Positions 19,981-28,661 are shown, counted from the stretch's first letter. The stretch is DNA of 64,000 nucleotides from Minisyncoccia bacterium (GCA_046293175.1 JBKBPM010000002.1:158428-222427); one strand, 5' to 3'. Notes: generated by a model from the sequence alone, not told the origin. Translations and numbers: made by a program.

Positions 19981-20541
19981 ATTGAGTTGCCGCAGAGCTT
20001 CTCCGACAATTGCACTGGTCGAATCACCAGAACCAATCGCGTCAAGTACCTGCCGTACTGACTGTGGGTTGTACCCGAGCGTGACGAGTGTATCAAAGGC
20101 GTCTTGGTAGACGGTACCGCGTACCGGTGCAGTTGGTACAATTGTCGTATCAAGTTTGTCTTTGAGTCCGAGGATAATTTTTTCGGCCGTTTTTTTTGAA
20201 ATACTCGAGAGTTTTGTCAGGTGTAGTGGGTCTTCAGCAGCCACCGCTTCAACAATTAATGTACGATCAGCCTGGTCCATAATTTGGAGAGCACTTTTTG
20301 GTCCAATACCGGAGATGGTAAGGAGGAGTTCAAAGAGGTCGAGATCTTCACGGTTCACAAATCCATAGAGGTCTAAGGCGGTTTCGCGTACTGCCAGGTG
20401 CGTATAGAGACGAATGATTTCCCCTGGAAGGGTAATTAGTCGGTGGGTGACCGCTACCATATACCCAACGCCACTTGAGGTCTCAATAATAAGTGTGTTA
20501 CCGCTAGTCTCGACGACAGTGCCAGAAATGAGGCGAATCAT
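19978..20541 (-). CDS. ruvA: Holliday junction DNA helicase subunit RuvA
   Basis: Start taken at MIRLISGTVVE (canonical RuvA N-terminus) within ORF 19978..20583; HhH motifs ISGIGPKSA. Confidence 0.85.
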   Translation of the reverse strand: MIRLISGTVVETSGNTLIIETSSGVGYMVAVTHRLITLPGEIIRLYTHLAVRETALDLYGFVNREDLDLFELLLTISGIGPKSALQIMDQADRTLIVEAVAAEDPLHLTKLSSISKKTAEKIILGLKDKLDTTIVPTAPVRGTVYQDAFDTLVTLGYNPQSVRQVLDAIGSGDSTSAIVGEALRQLN

Positions 20542-20633
20542 AGTGTTTCTATTGTACACTAATCTGCGGCGGATGGTCGCCATTGATTTATTTTGTCAAA
20601 TACCGTATAGTACGCACCACATAACAAATCAAT

Positions 20634-20906
20634 ATGGCAATTACTAAAAATGCAAAAAAAGCAGTCCGCAGTAGTGAGCGAAAGCGTGTATACAACCTTC
20701 GCCGTATTACCGCAATGCGCGAAGTAGTGAAGTCGGTCCGAAAGTCGGCTGCTCTAGGTACTGTTACAGACGCCAAGGCTGATCTCGCAAAGGCGTACAA
20801 AGCTATTGATAAGGCTGCTAAGCGTGGTGTTATCAAAGCTAATACTGCAGCACGAAAGAAGTCTCGTTTGGCTGCTGCAGTCAAAAAGTCAACCAAAAAG
20901 GATTAA
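20634..20906 (+). CDS. rpsT: 30S ribosomal protein S20
   Basis: 90 aa, MAITKNAKKAVRSSERKR... lysine/alanine-rich S20 pattern. Confidence 0.9.
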   Translation: MAITKNAKKAVRSSERKRVYNLRRITAMREVVKSVRKSAALGTVTDAKADLAKAYKAIDKAAKRGVIKANTAARKKSRLAAAVKKSTKKD

Positions 20907-20968
20907 ATCTTGGTAACAGAACAAAAACCACTCGCATGATGTGAGTGGTTTTTGTATACTAGTGGCAT

Positions 20969-21754
20969 ATGAAAGCAACCTACATGATTGTGGTGCTGAT
21001 GTTATTTACGCTTATCGGTGGTTTGGGATGGCTCATGAGTCGTTACCTTGATACCACACCAACGTCAATATCAGAAGACGAAGCTGCACGTTTTGCAGAT
21101 GCTACAAAAGTTTTTTATAAAAGCGAAGCAGGGGAGATCACTGTTGAATATATAAGTAATCTAGCGCGGGTATCGGGTGGAGCTTACGACGGGATGGTTT
21201 TTAGGCAAGTGGTGGCTGCTTCCGGTGCAAAGTACAAAGGCGAAAGAGGTGTTACTTTATGGACTAAAAATAATGAGGTGCGCATTGAAACCCCACAGCA
21301 GGTGGTCTATACCGGAACTGCGGTGCCGAGAGAGGAGCCGGTTCCAACACCGCCTCCAATAGTTCCTGAGACGCTGGTCGCCACATCATCAGTCGCAACA
21401 ACATCCCCTGAAACGAGTAGTCTCACTGAAAAAACCTGGGTATGGGAGTCTGCGATTCAAGGTAGTGAAACCATACAACCGAAGAAAGCTGATGCTTTTT
21501 CACTTATCTTTACGGCTGACGGTACGATGCAAGGAAAAACCGATTGTAATGGCTTTGGTGGGGAGTACACTATTGCTGGTTCAGAAATCAAACTAGGCGC
21601 GCTCCAGTCAACGCTCATGTTCTGCGAAAACTCAGAAGAAGGACTGTTTGTAAGCTTGATAGAAAGTCCTTTGACGATTGTTGCAGTGACTGACACTACA
21701 CTTGAATTCAAAAATGCTTCGGGTGATATGTTGCGCTTTAAGCGTGGGGAGTAG
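20969..21754 (+). CDS. Membrane-anchored protein with MliC-like (lysozyme-inhibitor) N-domain and META/HslJ-like C-domain
   Basis: 261 aa; N-terminal TM; YKSEAGEITVEY...GVTLWTKNNEVRIE (MliC-like); TDCNGFGGEY...LMFC (META/DUF306-like two-Cys pattern). Confidence 0.55.
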   Translation: MKATYMIVVLMLFTLIGGLGWLMSRYLDTTPTSISEDEAARFADATKVFYKSEAGEITVEYISNLARVSGGAYDGMVFRQVVAASGAKYKGERGVTLWTKNNEVRIETPQQVVYTGTAVPREEPVPTPPPIVPETLVATSSVATTSPETSSLTEKTWVWESAIQGSETIQPKKADAFSLIFTADGTMQGKTDCNGFGGEYTIAGSEIKLGALQSTLMFCENSEEGLFVSLIESPLTIVAVTDTTLEFKNASGDMLRFKRGE

Positions 21755-21769
21755 CTCTCTTACCAATGC

Positions 21770-22400
21770 GCTAGTCTCTTTAACTATTACTCGGATATAT
21801 TCATCGGTGCAACACGATACTACAATTTACTTGATTGGAGTGAAATAAAGATTTCGTTATCGTAGCTGATTCCTTGATAATAGATTCGTACTATGAGACT
21901 TTGATTTTCAAAGTAATCTTTTGGACGAATAGATATTTTACGGTGATATATCTTGTTCAGTTTTAAGGGTATAACATCAATTTGGTATCGAAGTGGTTTA
22001 CCAGGAAGTGGTTCAAGGCTAAGTATTTCAATTTTTTCCGTCCCATTTATTACTTGTATCTCCATTTCTTTCGAAGGATATAACCATTCTAAAAGTACAC
22101 TTGGGATTCTAAAACGAAAGAGTCCATATCACACTTTTGGTTTAAGTGAAAAACTTATATCAGTTACAGTTAGATTGAAAGCCGCAGCTTCTGGCCAGAA
22201 TATGTTTTTTGATTTAAGAAATTATGAACTATGGATGTCTAAATCCTCTGGAATAAAGAAAACCTTAAACGTAAGAGGTATAAATTTCTTTAACAATGGT
22301 TTCATTGTAAATTTAATTACTCCTAGAATCAATGCCAAGCCAATAGTTATTTTAATCATAATGTTACATTTTACCACCTGAGAGAGATTCGGTCGCTACA
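21770..22400. other. AT-rich islet (~33% GC vs ~50% flanks) abutting the 3' end of tRNA-Ser; possible remnant of foreign DNA
   Basis: Compositional break visible by eye; only weak ORFs; ends at an inverted copy of the tRNA-Ser 3' end. Confidence 0.5.
21820..22065 (-). CDS. Hypothetical small protein inside AT-rich islet
   Basis: 81 aa, MEIQVINGTEKIEILSLEPLPGKPLRYQIDVIPLK; plausible beta-rich protein, no homology assignable. Confidence 0.3.
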   Translation of the reverse strand: MEIQVINGTEKIEILSLEPLPGKPLRYQIDVIPLKLNKIYHRKISIRPKDYFENQSLIVRIYYQGISYDNEIFISLQSSKL

Positions 22401-22496
22401 CGACCAGTACACCTTTTGGGTACTTTATTTCGCACGGCTCATAAAGTTCTGCAAAAGGTTTTCGAATCCCTACGCACAAGCTCCCAGCTTGTGCTC

Positions 22497-22556
22497 TCTC
22501 TCCGCGAACAAAAAAGGCGCCAAACGGCGCTCTATTTTGTACTCGCGGAGAGAGAG
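22497..22556. repeat. 14-bp perfect inverted repeat (CTCTCTCTCCGCGA / TCGCGGAGAGAGAG) made of the tRNA-Ser 3' acceptor end and an inverted copy, flanking a GC hairpin
   Basis: Read directly; inverted copy continues into a degenerate T-arm-like TTCGAATCCCT at 22474-22484. Confidence 0.6.
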
Positions 22557-22632
22557 GGATTCGAACCCTCGAGGAGCTTTCACCCCTAACAGTTTTCAAG
22601 ACTGCCGCCTTCAACCACTCAGCCATCTCTCC
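22546..22632 (-). tRNA. tRNA-Ser (anticodon TGA), long variable arm
   Basis: Manual fold: acceptor GGAGAGA/TCTCTCC, anticodon loop CTTGAAA, variable arm ~18 nt, T-arm GAGGGTTCGAATCCCTC; ORFs 22396..22749(-) and 22489..22815(+) are translation artefacts of this gene. Confidence 0.9.
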
Positions 22633-22756
22633 AATATATGCAATTTTTGTAGGTGGTTGAAGGTTCGTCCACCTGGCACTGGTTCGCTTTCGCTCACATC
22701 GTGCCTCCGCGATTTGATCGCGGAACGGATCAAAAGTGAAACTTTTCACTTTTCAT

Positions 22757-22774
22757 CCACTCAGCCATCTCTCC
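22757..22774 (-). repeat. Direct partial copy of tRNA-Ser 5' end (GGAGAGATGGCTGAGTGG) 125 nt upstream of the gene
   Basis: 18/18 identity to 22615-22632; followed by hairpin-rich sequence, no matching 3' half. Confidence 0.55.
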
Positions 22775-22899
22775 AAATATATTCAGTTGTGGCATGCACT
22801 ATAGCATTTTTTTGATTTTATACAACCATAGCTCGTAGGGGTGCGAGGGTAGGGGAAAGACCACTTTGACGTCCATCCCCATGCTAAAATAAAATTACT

Positions 22900-23370
22900 A
22901 TGAATGAAGCAATGCGGAGCATTACCTGGGAAGCCCCAGAACGTGCGCGTGGCGACAAAGGCGGGGATTGGTACTTTGCACTAAGTATTTTAACGGTGGC
23001 GGTAGTGATTGCCGCTATTATTTTTGGTAACTTCCTTTTTGCAATTTTGGCTGGTCTCTCTGGGGCGTCGCTCGCGGTCGCTGCGTCACAACCACCGCGG
23101 ATTATCCGGTACGGGGTCAGCGTCCGTGGGGTGCTTGAGGAGAACATCGTTCATCCTTTTGCGTCACTGCGGGCTTACTCGATTAATGAAGATGACCCGC
23201 GTGGGCCACAACTTCTCATTCTTTCGACGAAGACATTTGCCCCGATGATTGTCATGCCGATTCCCGAGGAATACATTGATGATATTGATGCTATCTTGTC
23301 TGAACGACTACCAGAGGAAGCTCTCGAGGAACCACTGTTTAATCGGTTGCTTGAACTAGCTGGATTCTGA
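22900..23370 (+). CDS. Hypothetical membrane protein (2 TM)
   Basis: 156 aa; TM YFALSILTVAVVIAAIIFGNFLFAILAGLSGASLAVA. Confidence 0.5.
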   Translation: MNEAMRSITWEAPERARGDKGGDWYFALSILTVAVVIAAIIFGNFLFAILAGLSGASLAVAASQPPRIIRYGVSVRGVLEENIVHPFASLRAYSINEDDPRGPQLLILSTKTFAPMIVMPIPEEYIDDIDAILSERLPEEALEEPLFNRLLELAGF

Positions 23371-23427
23371 TACTATCTTTCCCGTAACGTGACAAACAAA
23401 AAAGCTTGTGGTACTATGCCACGCATC

Positions 23428-23499
23428 GCTCTCATAGTTTAATGGATAGAATGCCGGTTTGCGGTACCTGCGATCCAGGTTCGATTCCTGGTGAGAGCA
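23428..23499 (+). tRNA. tRNA-Arg (anticodon GCG by manual fold; one C-T mismatch in anticodon stem)
   Basis: Perfect 7-bp acceptor GCTCTCA/TGAGAGC, T-arm CCAGGTTCGATTCCTGG, D-arm TAGTTTAATGGATAGAAT; TACTAT -10-like box 10 nt upstream; ORF 23406..23618 is an artefact. Confidence 0.7.
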
Positions 23500-23566
23500 C
23501 AAACGGCCGACCCATATGCGCAAGCATATGGGTCGTTGCCGTTTGTAGCTCTCACCAGGAATCGAA
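23481..23566. repeat. ~38-bp imperfect inverted repeat: tRNA-Arg 3' end plus trailer pairs with an inverted copy (loop CGCAAG)
   Basis: Arm 23481-23518 vs arm 23525-23566; followed by second GC hairpin 23569-23601. Confidence 0.6.
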
Positions 23567-23762
23567 AGACTGTTCCGGGGTCCCCTTAGGGCCGGAACAG
23601 TCCGGGTCGGGCGAATGAGATATTTTATGAGGCACGAAATAAAATATCCATGAGCGTGACCGATTCCTTCTAAAGAATTGCGTTAGGAATCGAAGCCCGA
23701 TTGAGCTGGATTATGAGCTTGCGAAATAATCCAGCCAATTGGGTGACTTCCCCTGTAAGGAC

Positions 23763-23782
23763 CGATTCCTGGTGAGAGCACA
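23763..23782 (+). repeat. Direct repeat of tRNA-Arg 3' end (CGATTCCTGGTGAGAGCACAA) ~270 nt downstream of the gene
   Basis: 20/20 identity with 23483-23502; att-like duplication signature but no integrase nearby. Confidence 0.55.
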
Positions 23783-23899
23783 ACTACGAAAAAGCGCACC
23801 CTTATGAGTGCATTTTTCGTTCGTGCTCCCATCAAAAACTACCTGAAGCATAATGTAAAACAGCATCCCTTTCGGGAGCTGTTTTACATGAGCTAATTA

Positions 23900-25795
23900 T
23901 TAATCGACAATTGTTACAACACTTGTCTCAAAGCGGTTTGCCGGAGCTGCTGTCCATGTTTGGTTTGGATTAGTAGCAGTTGCAGCATACTCGAGAGTGA
24001 GGAGTCGAAGTCGGCTTGATGTTAGCGGTGACTGTGGCTGGTGGGTAACTGAGAGGGTAACCGTCCTGGTCTGTCCTTCTGGAATAAAGAAGTAGTTCCC
24101 TTGTTCTCGAGCCGATGATGAGATGACGGCAGTACCAGTTGCAGAAAGACTATTTCCACTTGCGTCGCGAAGTTCATATGATATCGCAGCTGTATTTGAT
24201 GGCATATACACATCTTGGTTAATCGCTGTGACATCAATTGAAATCTGATAGGTGGCATAGTCATTTAGGCTGCCATTTGTACTTGTGACTACTGCATTGG
24301 TATTTTTGATAGTCACTGCCGCTCCAGCTGTTTGAAGAATATGGGTATCACCAGATACTGTGCCTGAGAGTTGGTTGCCGCTGAGATCGTCAGCACCTTC
24401 GGCTTTGATAGTCGAGCCAACCACGCGGCCTGAAATTGTGGTCCCTTCATACATTGCAGGTAAGGCTTTGAAGTCTACCTCAACAATAGCGGTGACTCTG
24501 TCGCCAGCATCTATGACCAGCTCATTGCTTTTAAAGTCGAATGTGACAATTCCTGTTGTGCCGTCAACAAGTGCTTTACGGGTATAGGTTTTACCATCAA
24601 TTATGATTCGCACGTCGCGCACCAACGTATTCATGGTTCCTGTACTGACGGATAATTCTATTGGTAGGCTGTTAATTTCTATGTCATTGATACTGTCATC
24701 AGTATCAAGGTCAAAGGCAAATACAGGGGTGAATCCTGAACGAGTAGTTCGATTGAGTACCAAAGTGGTGGCATCAATGTCATCATCACTAGTACGAATC
24801 ATCAATTCGTCACCAGTCCCCGCTTCTTCAAGTGTAATTTCAACTTGTTCACTATTATTGCCGATCTCAACCGTTGTTCGCTCTGCATCAAGAGCACGAA
24901 TACCGTTGTTTGGTACATAAACCGTCCAGTTTTCTCCATCACTGATACCGCGGATACTATTTGCAGCAGATACCTTAACTGTTAATTGTGTATCACTGTC
25001 TTCGGCTAGGAAGTGATTGAGACCTGAAATACGGAGCGTTGCTTCTCCTGTAGATCGGTTTATATCACGCCAAGCTGATTTTGAACTAGTATTAATGCGG
25101 GCAATACGGTTATTACCGTCCCAGATGCTCACGTCACTGAAAGTGTCCCAAGCATCCTTTTCATTGTTAGCAGTATTTGGTTTAAAAACCAAATCAATAC
25201 GTTGTAGTGTTGCGTCCCCGTCTTCTACGGTAAACTCGATATCAGCAATCGAACGGTTCTCGTCACGTTCTTCAAGAGTGGTATCATCTCCTGCTTTAAA
25301 TTGATAATCTCGAAACGAAGCTTCTCCCTGTGGGGTTGGATTTGTTGGAGTGGTGGTACCAGTGCCAGGGTTAATTGGAGTTGATACACAAGTTGCATTT
25401 ACTTTAGATCGAGTAACGGGACCGAAGTAACCAACGGCTGGTGTAATGTTTTGACTTCGCTGATAACTGCTAAGCGCTTGTCTTGTTTGTTCACCAAAAT
25501 ATCCTGTCGCTCCAGCAGAAATAGTGTGCCCTTTCGCTATAAGATACTGTTGTAGACGAGTAACTTCACTCCCGGTACGTCCAACCGTTAGATCTGATGT
25601 AAACGGAAGACAAGTCGTTGGGGCAGTGTTATTGCGCAATGCCTCAAGCTGTGCAAGTAATTGTGTAATCTGAGCTTGTAGATCTGCTACCGTGGTGTTA
25701 GCAGAGGCTGTGGGCGCAGGGACGCCCGCTGTCAAAAGGGAAAGTGCGAGCATACTGCCCACCACACCTTTCTGGATTTTAGAATACGGTTTCAT
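23900..25795 (-). CDS. Large secreted protein with peptidoglycan-binding (PG_binding_1-like) domain and long beta-rich C-terminal region
   Basis: Start moved to MKPYSKIQKGVVGSMLALSLLTAGVPAPTASA (signal peptide); TRLQQYLIAKGH...GYFGEQTRQALSSYQ resembles PG-binding repeat. Confidence 0.65.
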   Translation of the reverse strand: MKPYSKIQKGVVGSMLALSLLTAGVPAPTASANTTVADLQAQITQLLAQLEALRNNTAPTTCLPFTSDLTVGRTGSEVTRLQQYLIAKGHTISAGATGYFGEQTRQALSSYQRSQNITPAVGYFGPVTRSKVNATCVSTPINPGTGTTTPTNPTPQGEASFRDYQFKAGDDTTLEERDENRSIADIEFTVEDGDATLQRIDLVFKPNTANNEKDAWDTFSDVSIWDGNNRIARINTSSKSAWRDINRSTGEATLRISGLNHFLAEDSDTQLTVKVSAANSIRGISDGENWTVYVPNNGIRALDAERTTVEIGNNSEQVEITLEEAGTGDELMIRTSDDDIDATTLVLNRTTRSGFTPVFAFDLDTDDSINDIEINSLPIELSVSTGTMNTLVRDVRIIIDGKTYTRKALVDGTTGIVTFDFKSNELVIDAGDRVTAIVEVDFKALPAMYEGTTISGRVVGSTIKAEGADDLSGNQLSGTVSGDTHILQTAGAAVTIKNTNAVVTSTNGSLNDYATYQISIDVTAINQDVYMPSNTAAISYELRDASGNSLSATGTAVISSSAREQGNYFFIPEGQTRTVTLSVTHQPQSPLTSSRLRLLTLEYAATATNPNQTWTAAPANRFETSVVTIVD

Positions 25796-25944
25796 TATAA
25801 GTTTATTAGATGTTTTGTAAGTAGACGATGGGTCGTCAGTACGCGTCCGTACAAATATATAGACACGAGACCTTGGCAAATCTCACACGAAGTAATAGTT
25901 GACAGTGGCAGTCGTCATAGTACTGTGAGGAAACAGAGCGAGCG

Positions 25945-26463
25945 GTGTCTATATATATGGATAAAGAAACATGGTTTACAAAATTGTACGACTCTCACGC
26001 AGATGCAATCTGGCGATATTTTATGGTACGTCTTGCAAATGCAGAGCGCGCAAATGAATTAACTCATGACACATTTTTGCGAGTCTGGGAGGTTGTCACA
26101 AAAGGGGATATTATAGAATATGAACGGACTTATCTTTACGTAGTAGCAAAACGTTTGTTTCTCAATGAGATTCGCAATAAAAAGATCATGACATCACTAG
26201 ATGACTTAACAGAAATTGGTTTTGATATCCCTGATACTGAAGTTTTGCCAGACCGTGCAGCTGAGCACCAAGAGCTCTGGCAAAATCTCAGTATGATCTT
26301 ACCGTCGTATCAAGAAGTTCTTATTTTGCGATACGTGGACGGTTTGCCGGTCAATGAGATAGCCAAACTCCTGGAGGTGCAGGAAACGAATGTATCGATG
26401 AGAATTAAACGAGGAATTGATGCACTGCTAAACCTATATCAAAAAAAACCGCACACGACATGA
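25945..26463 (+). CDS. ECF-type RNA polymerase sigma factor (sigma-70 regions 2 and 4)
   Basis: 172 aa; region 2 (DTFLRVWE) and region 4 HTH (LRYVDGLPVNEIAKLLEVQETNVSMRIKRG). Confidence 0.85.
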   Translation: MSIYMDKETWFTKLYDSHADAIWRYFMVRLANAERANELTHDTFLRVWEVVTKGDIIEYERTYLYVVAKRLFLNEIRNKKIMTSLDDLTEIGFDIPDTEVLPDRAAEHQELWQNLSMILPSYQEVLILRYVDGLPVNEIAKLLEVQETNVSMRIKRGIDALLNLYQKKPHTT

Positions 26464-27299
26464 AAAATCAACACGACATCGAACAACTACTTTCTACATT
26501 ATCTCCCGACGATACGTCATTTGACCGTGCCGGTGTAAAGTCACGGCTGATGAAAAAAATTTCAGAAAAACCAATTCCATCATTGTATTATTCACATGTG
26601 CGTAGGTTTGGAGTAAGTATTGCAATGCTTTGTATATTGTTCACGGGGACTAGTTATGCATCACTTTCGAGTCTTCCAGGTGAACCACTGTATATAGTTA
26701 AAGTTAATGTGGCTGAAGAGTTGGTTGCTCTAACAAAACGTTCACCGGATACAGCACTTGATTATGCGATTGAACGCCTCGAAACCCGGCAATTTGAGCT
26801 TGTTACACTGCAGCGTGGTCAAACACCATTAGTTACATCTGTGGCTGATGATTTGAGTGAGCAATTAACCGAAGATATCAATACCATTGAAAGTATTGTA
26901 GATAGTATTAAAGTTGATGCAAAAACTGAAGAGGTTCTCTCAAAGCTTGCTAGAATGAAGTCTTTAGTTATCACTAATAATGATTTAACAGCTGATTTAT
27001 TGGCGACAACTAGTGTTTCTGTTGCTGGCCTTGCTTCAGAAAATAATGCCGTTGAAATATTTGAAAGCGAAGTGGCAGAATATGTCGCCTCGACTGCTAC
27101 CTCAACAGTAATAGACTTTGTTTCAGATCAGTTGTCAGAAATTGAAGACGTCTTATTGGCATCTTCAACCCCAAACACCTTGCACTATGAGAGTGAAATG
27201 AAGTTACAGACGATGATCGATTACCTGAATGAGGAAAATTTCACCGAAGCAATTATTGAGACATTAGAGTTAGCAGAAACCTTAGATGTAAATAGCTAA
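26460..27299 (+). CDS. Putative anti-sigma factor / membrane protein (translationally coupled to ECF sigma)
   Basis: 4-bp overlap with sigma gene; cytoplasmic N-terminus, one TM (GVSIAMLCILFTGTSYASL), acidic extracytoplasmic domain. Confidence 0.5.
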   Translation: MKNQHDIEQLLSTLSPDDTSFDRAGVKSRLMKKISEKPIPSLYYSHVRRFGVSIAMLCILFTGTSYASLSSLPGEPLYIVKVNVAEELVALTKRSPDTALDYAIERLETRQFELVTLQRGQTPLVTSVADDLSEQLTEDINTIESIVDSIKVDAKTEEVLSKLARMKSLVITNNDLTADLLATTSVSVAGLASENNAVEIFESEVAEYVASTATSTVIDFVSDQLSEIEDVLLASSTPNTLHYESEMKLQTMIDYLNEENFTEAIIETLELAETLDVNS

Positions 27300-27349
27300 C
27301 TTATAGCAAGTCAGCAGTTTGCAATTAGTGATTAAAAATTAGGTATAAG

Positions 27350-27382
27350 AAAATCGGCCTCTTTGAGGCCGATTTTCTTTAT
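27350..27382. terminator. Bidirectional terminator AAAATCGGCCTCTTTGAGGCCGATTTTCTTT
   Basis: GC hairpin between convergent genes. Confidence 0.55.
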
Positions 27383-27408
27383 ATGTGCAGGTTTTGTTAC
27401 CTCACAAT

Positions 27409-28467
27409 TTACATAGACAACTTGAGCTTAAGTAGTTGCTGCAAGAGACTTATGATTTGCTGCATTAATTTGATGTTCAATTCGTTATTTTCAACAGCTT
27501 CGACAACTTCCTCGACTTCATCCACTTCTTCTTCCTCTACCACTTCTTCATCTTCGTCAGTGTTATCCGGAGCACTGACGTAGTTTACTCCTTGGTTAAT
27601 GACTATGTTAGGGTTTTGCTTACGGGCTTCGTAATTAAGATGAACCTTGCTCGGTTGGAAGTTTATTTCACGCCAAATGTTTGGAACACTACCAGTATAT
27701 TTGGCAATCGAATCAGATGTTACATAGCCCCAGTGACCATCAGCCACACGGAGCTTGTACCAAGTTTTTCCACCAATCGTTTGCGGTGTATAGAAGTACA
27801 GAATTTCCGTCAGACTCCCTTTGGCGACAACGAACTTACGGTTGCCGTTTGGTGCATCGTAGTAGGTGGCGTCTTTACTCAATACCACAATTTCACCACC
27901 CTTGAATTCTTTCGTAGGGGTTGGAGTAGGAGTTGGTGTTGGGGTCGGTGTTGGGGTAGGAGTTGGTGTTGGAGTTGTATTCCCGCCACTATTTGCAGGA
28001 GCTCCCGCTGGTGGGGTAACGTAATTAACTCCTTGGTCAATAACGATATTGTAATTTACTTTACGAGCTTCGTAGTTGAGGTGTACCTGACTTGGTTGGT
28101 AGTCAATTTCACGCCAAATAGTTGGAACGGTACCTGTATATTTGGAAATCAAACTTTCTCGCACATATCCGTAATATCCGTCGGCCACACGTAGTTTGCG
28201 CCAGATTTGCCCATTGCGCACTTCCGGATCGGCGAAGTAAAGTACTTCTGCTAAGGTGCCTGGCGCGACCACAAATCGCACTGCCTCATTTCCTGGTTCG
28301 TAATGGAATGGTGTGTTTTGGTTAAGTATAACAATCTCAGACCCAGCAAAAGCGCTTGTCTGGGCGTGGGTAACAGCTGGGCTAAAACAAACTATATATG
28401 CCGTAGCGATAAACGCCATTCCGACTACAAGTTTGCGAAACAAACTTTGGTAACTAATTATTTGCAT
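27409..28467 (-). CDS. Secreted protein with two SH3b-like repeats separated by a (TP)n linker and an acidic C-terminal tail
   Basis: 352 aa; signal peptide; two ~110-aa internal repeats (..KLRVADG.WGYV..IAKYTG.VP.IWREI..QPS.VHLNYEARK..NIVI.QGVNYV); TPTPTPTPTPTPTPT linker; EDEEVVEEEEVDEVEEVVE tail. Confidence 0.6.
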   Translation of the reverse strand: MQIISYQSLFRKLVVGMAFIATAYIVCFSPAVTHAQTSAFAGSEIVILNQNTPFHYEPGNEAVRFVVAPGTLAEVLYFADPEVRNGQIWRKLRVADGYYGYVRESLISKYTGTVPTIWREIDYQPSQVHLNYEARKVNYNIVIDQGVNYVTPPAGAPANSGGNTTPTPTPTPTPTPTPTPTPTPTKEFKGGEIVVLSKDATYYDAPNGNRKFVVAKGSLTEILYFYTPQTIGGKTWYKLRVADGHWGYVTSDSIAKYTGSVPNIWREINFQPSKVHLNYEARKQNPNIVINQGVNYVSAPDNTDEDEEVVEEEEVDEVEEVVEAVENNELNIKLMQQIISLLQQLLKLKLSM

Positions 28468-28627
28468 AAAATGCTTCTGCAGAATTTAGGTAGTGATTAA
28501 TAATTTTGAACGAAAATATGGTCAGATCACAATCTGACCACACCTCCCCTTATTATAGAGTACCCAAAACCGTGAATTTCCCGCCCTGGGCATAAGAATT
28601 TGTAGGCAAAACCATTAATTTTTGCCA

Positions 28628-28661
28628 ACCCAAACATTTTCGCCTACAATACGACACATAT
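28628..28661 (+). promoter_or_regulatory. Sigma-70-like promoter (TTGCCA-17-TACAAT) immediately upstream of ruvX
   Basis: Hexamers and 17-nt spacing read from sequence. Confidence 0.4.

Noticed and set aside
22396-22815. ORFs 22396..22749(-) and 22489..22815(+) proposed by the track
   Set aside because: They are read-throughs of tRNA-Ser and its flanking repeats. The peptide GEMAEWLKAAVLK... is the classic translation of a tRNA-Ser gene. No RBS or coding signal.
23406-23618. ORF 23406..23618(+)
   Set aside because: Overlaps tRNA-Arg and its inverted-repeat hairpin. Cys/Pro-rich junk composition.
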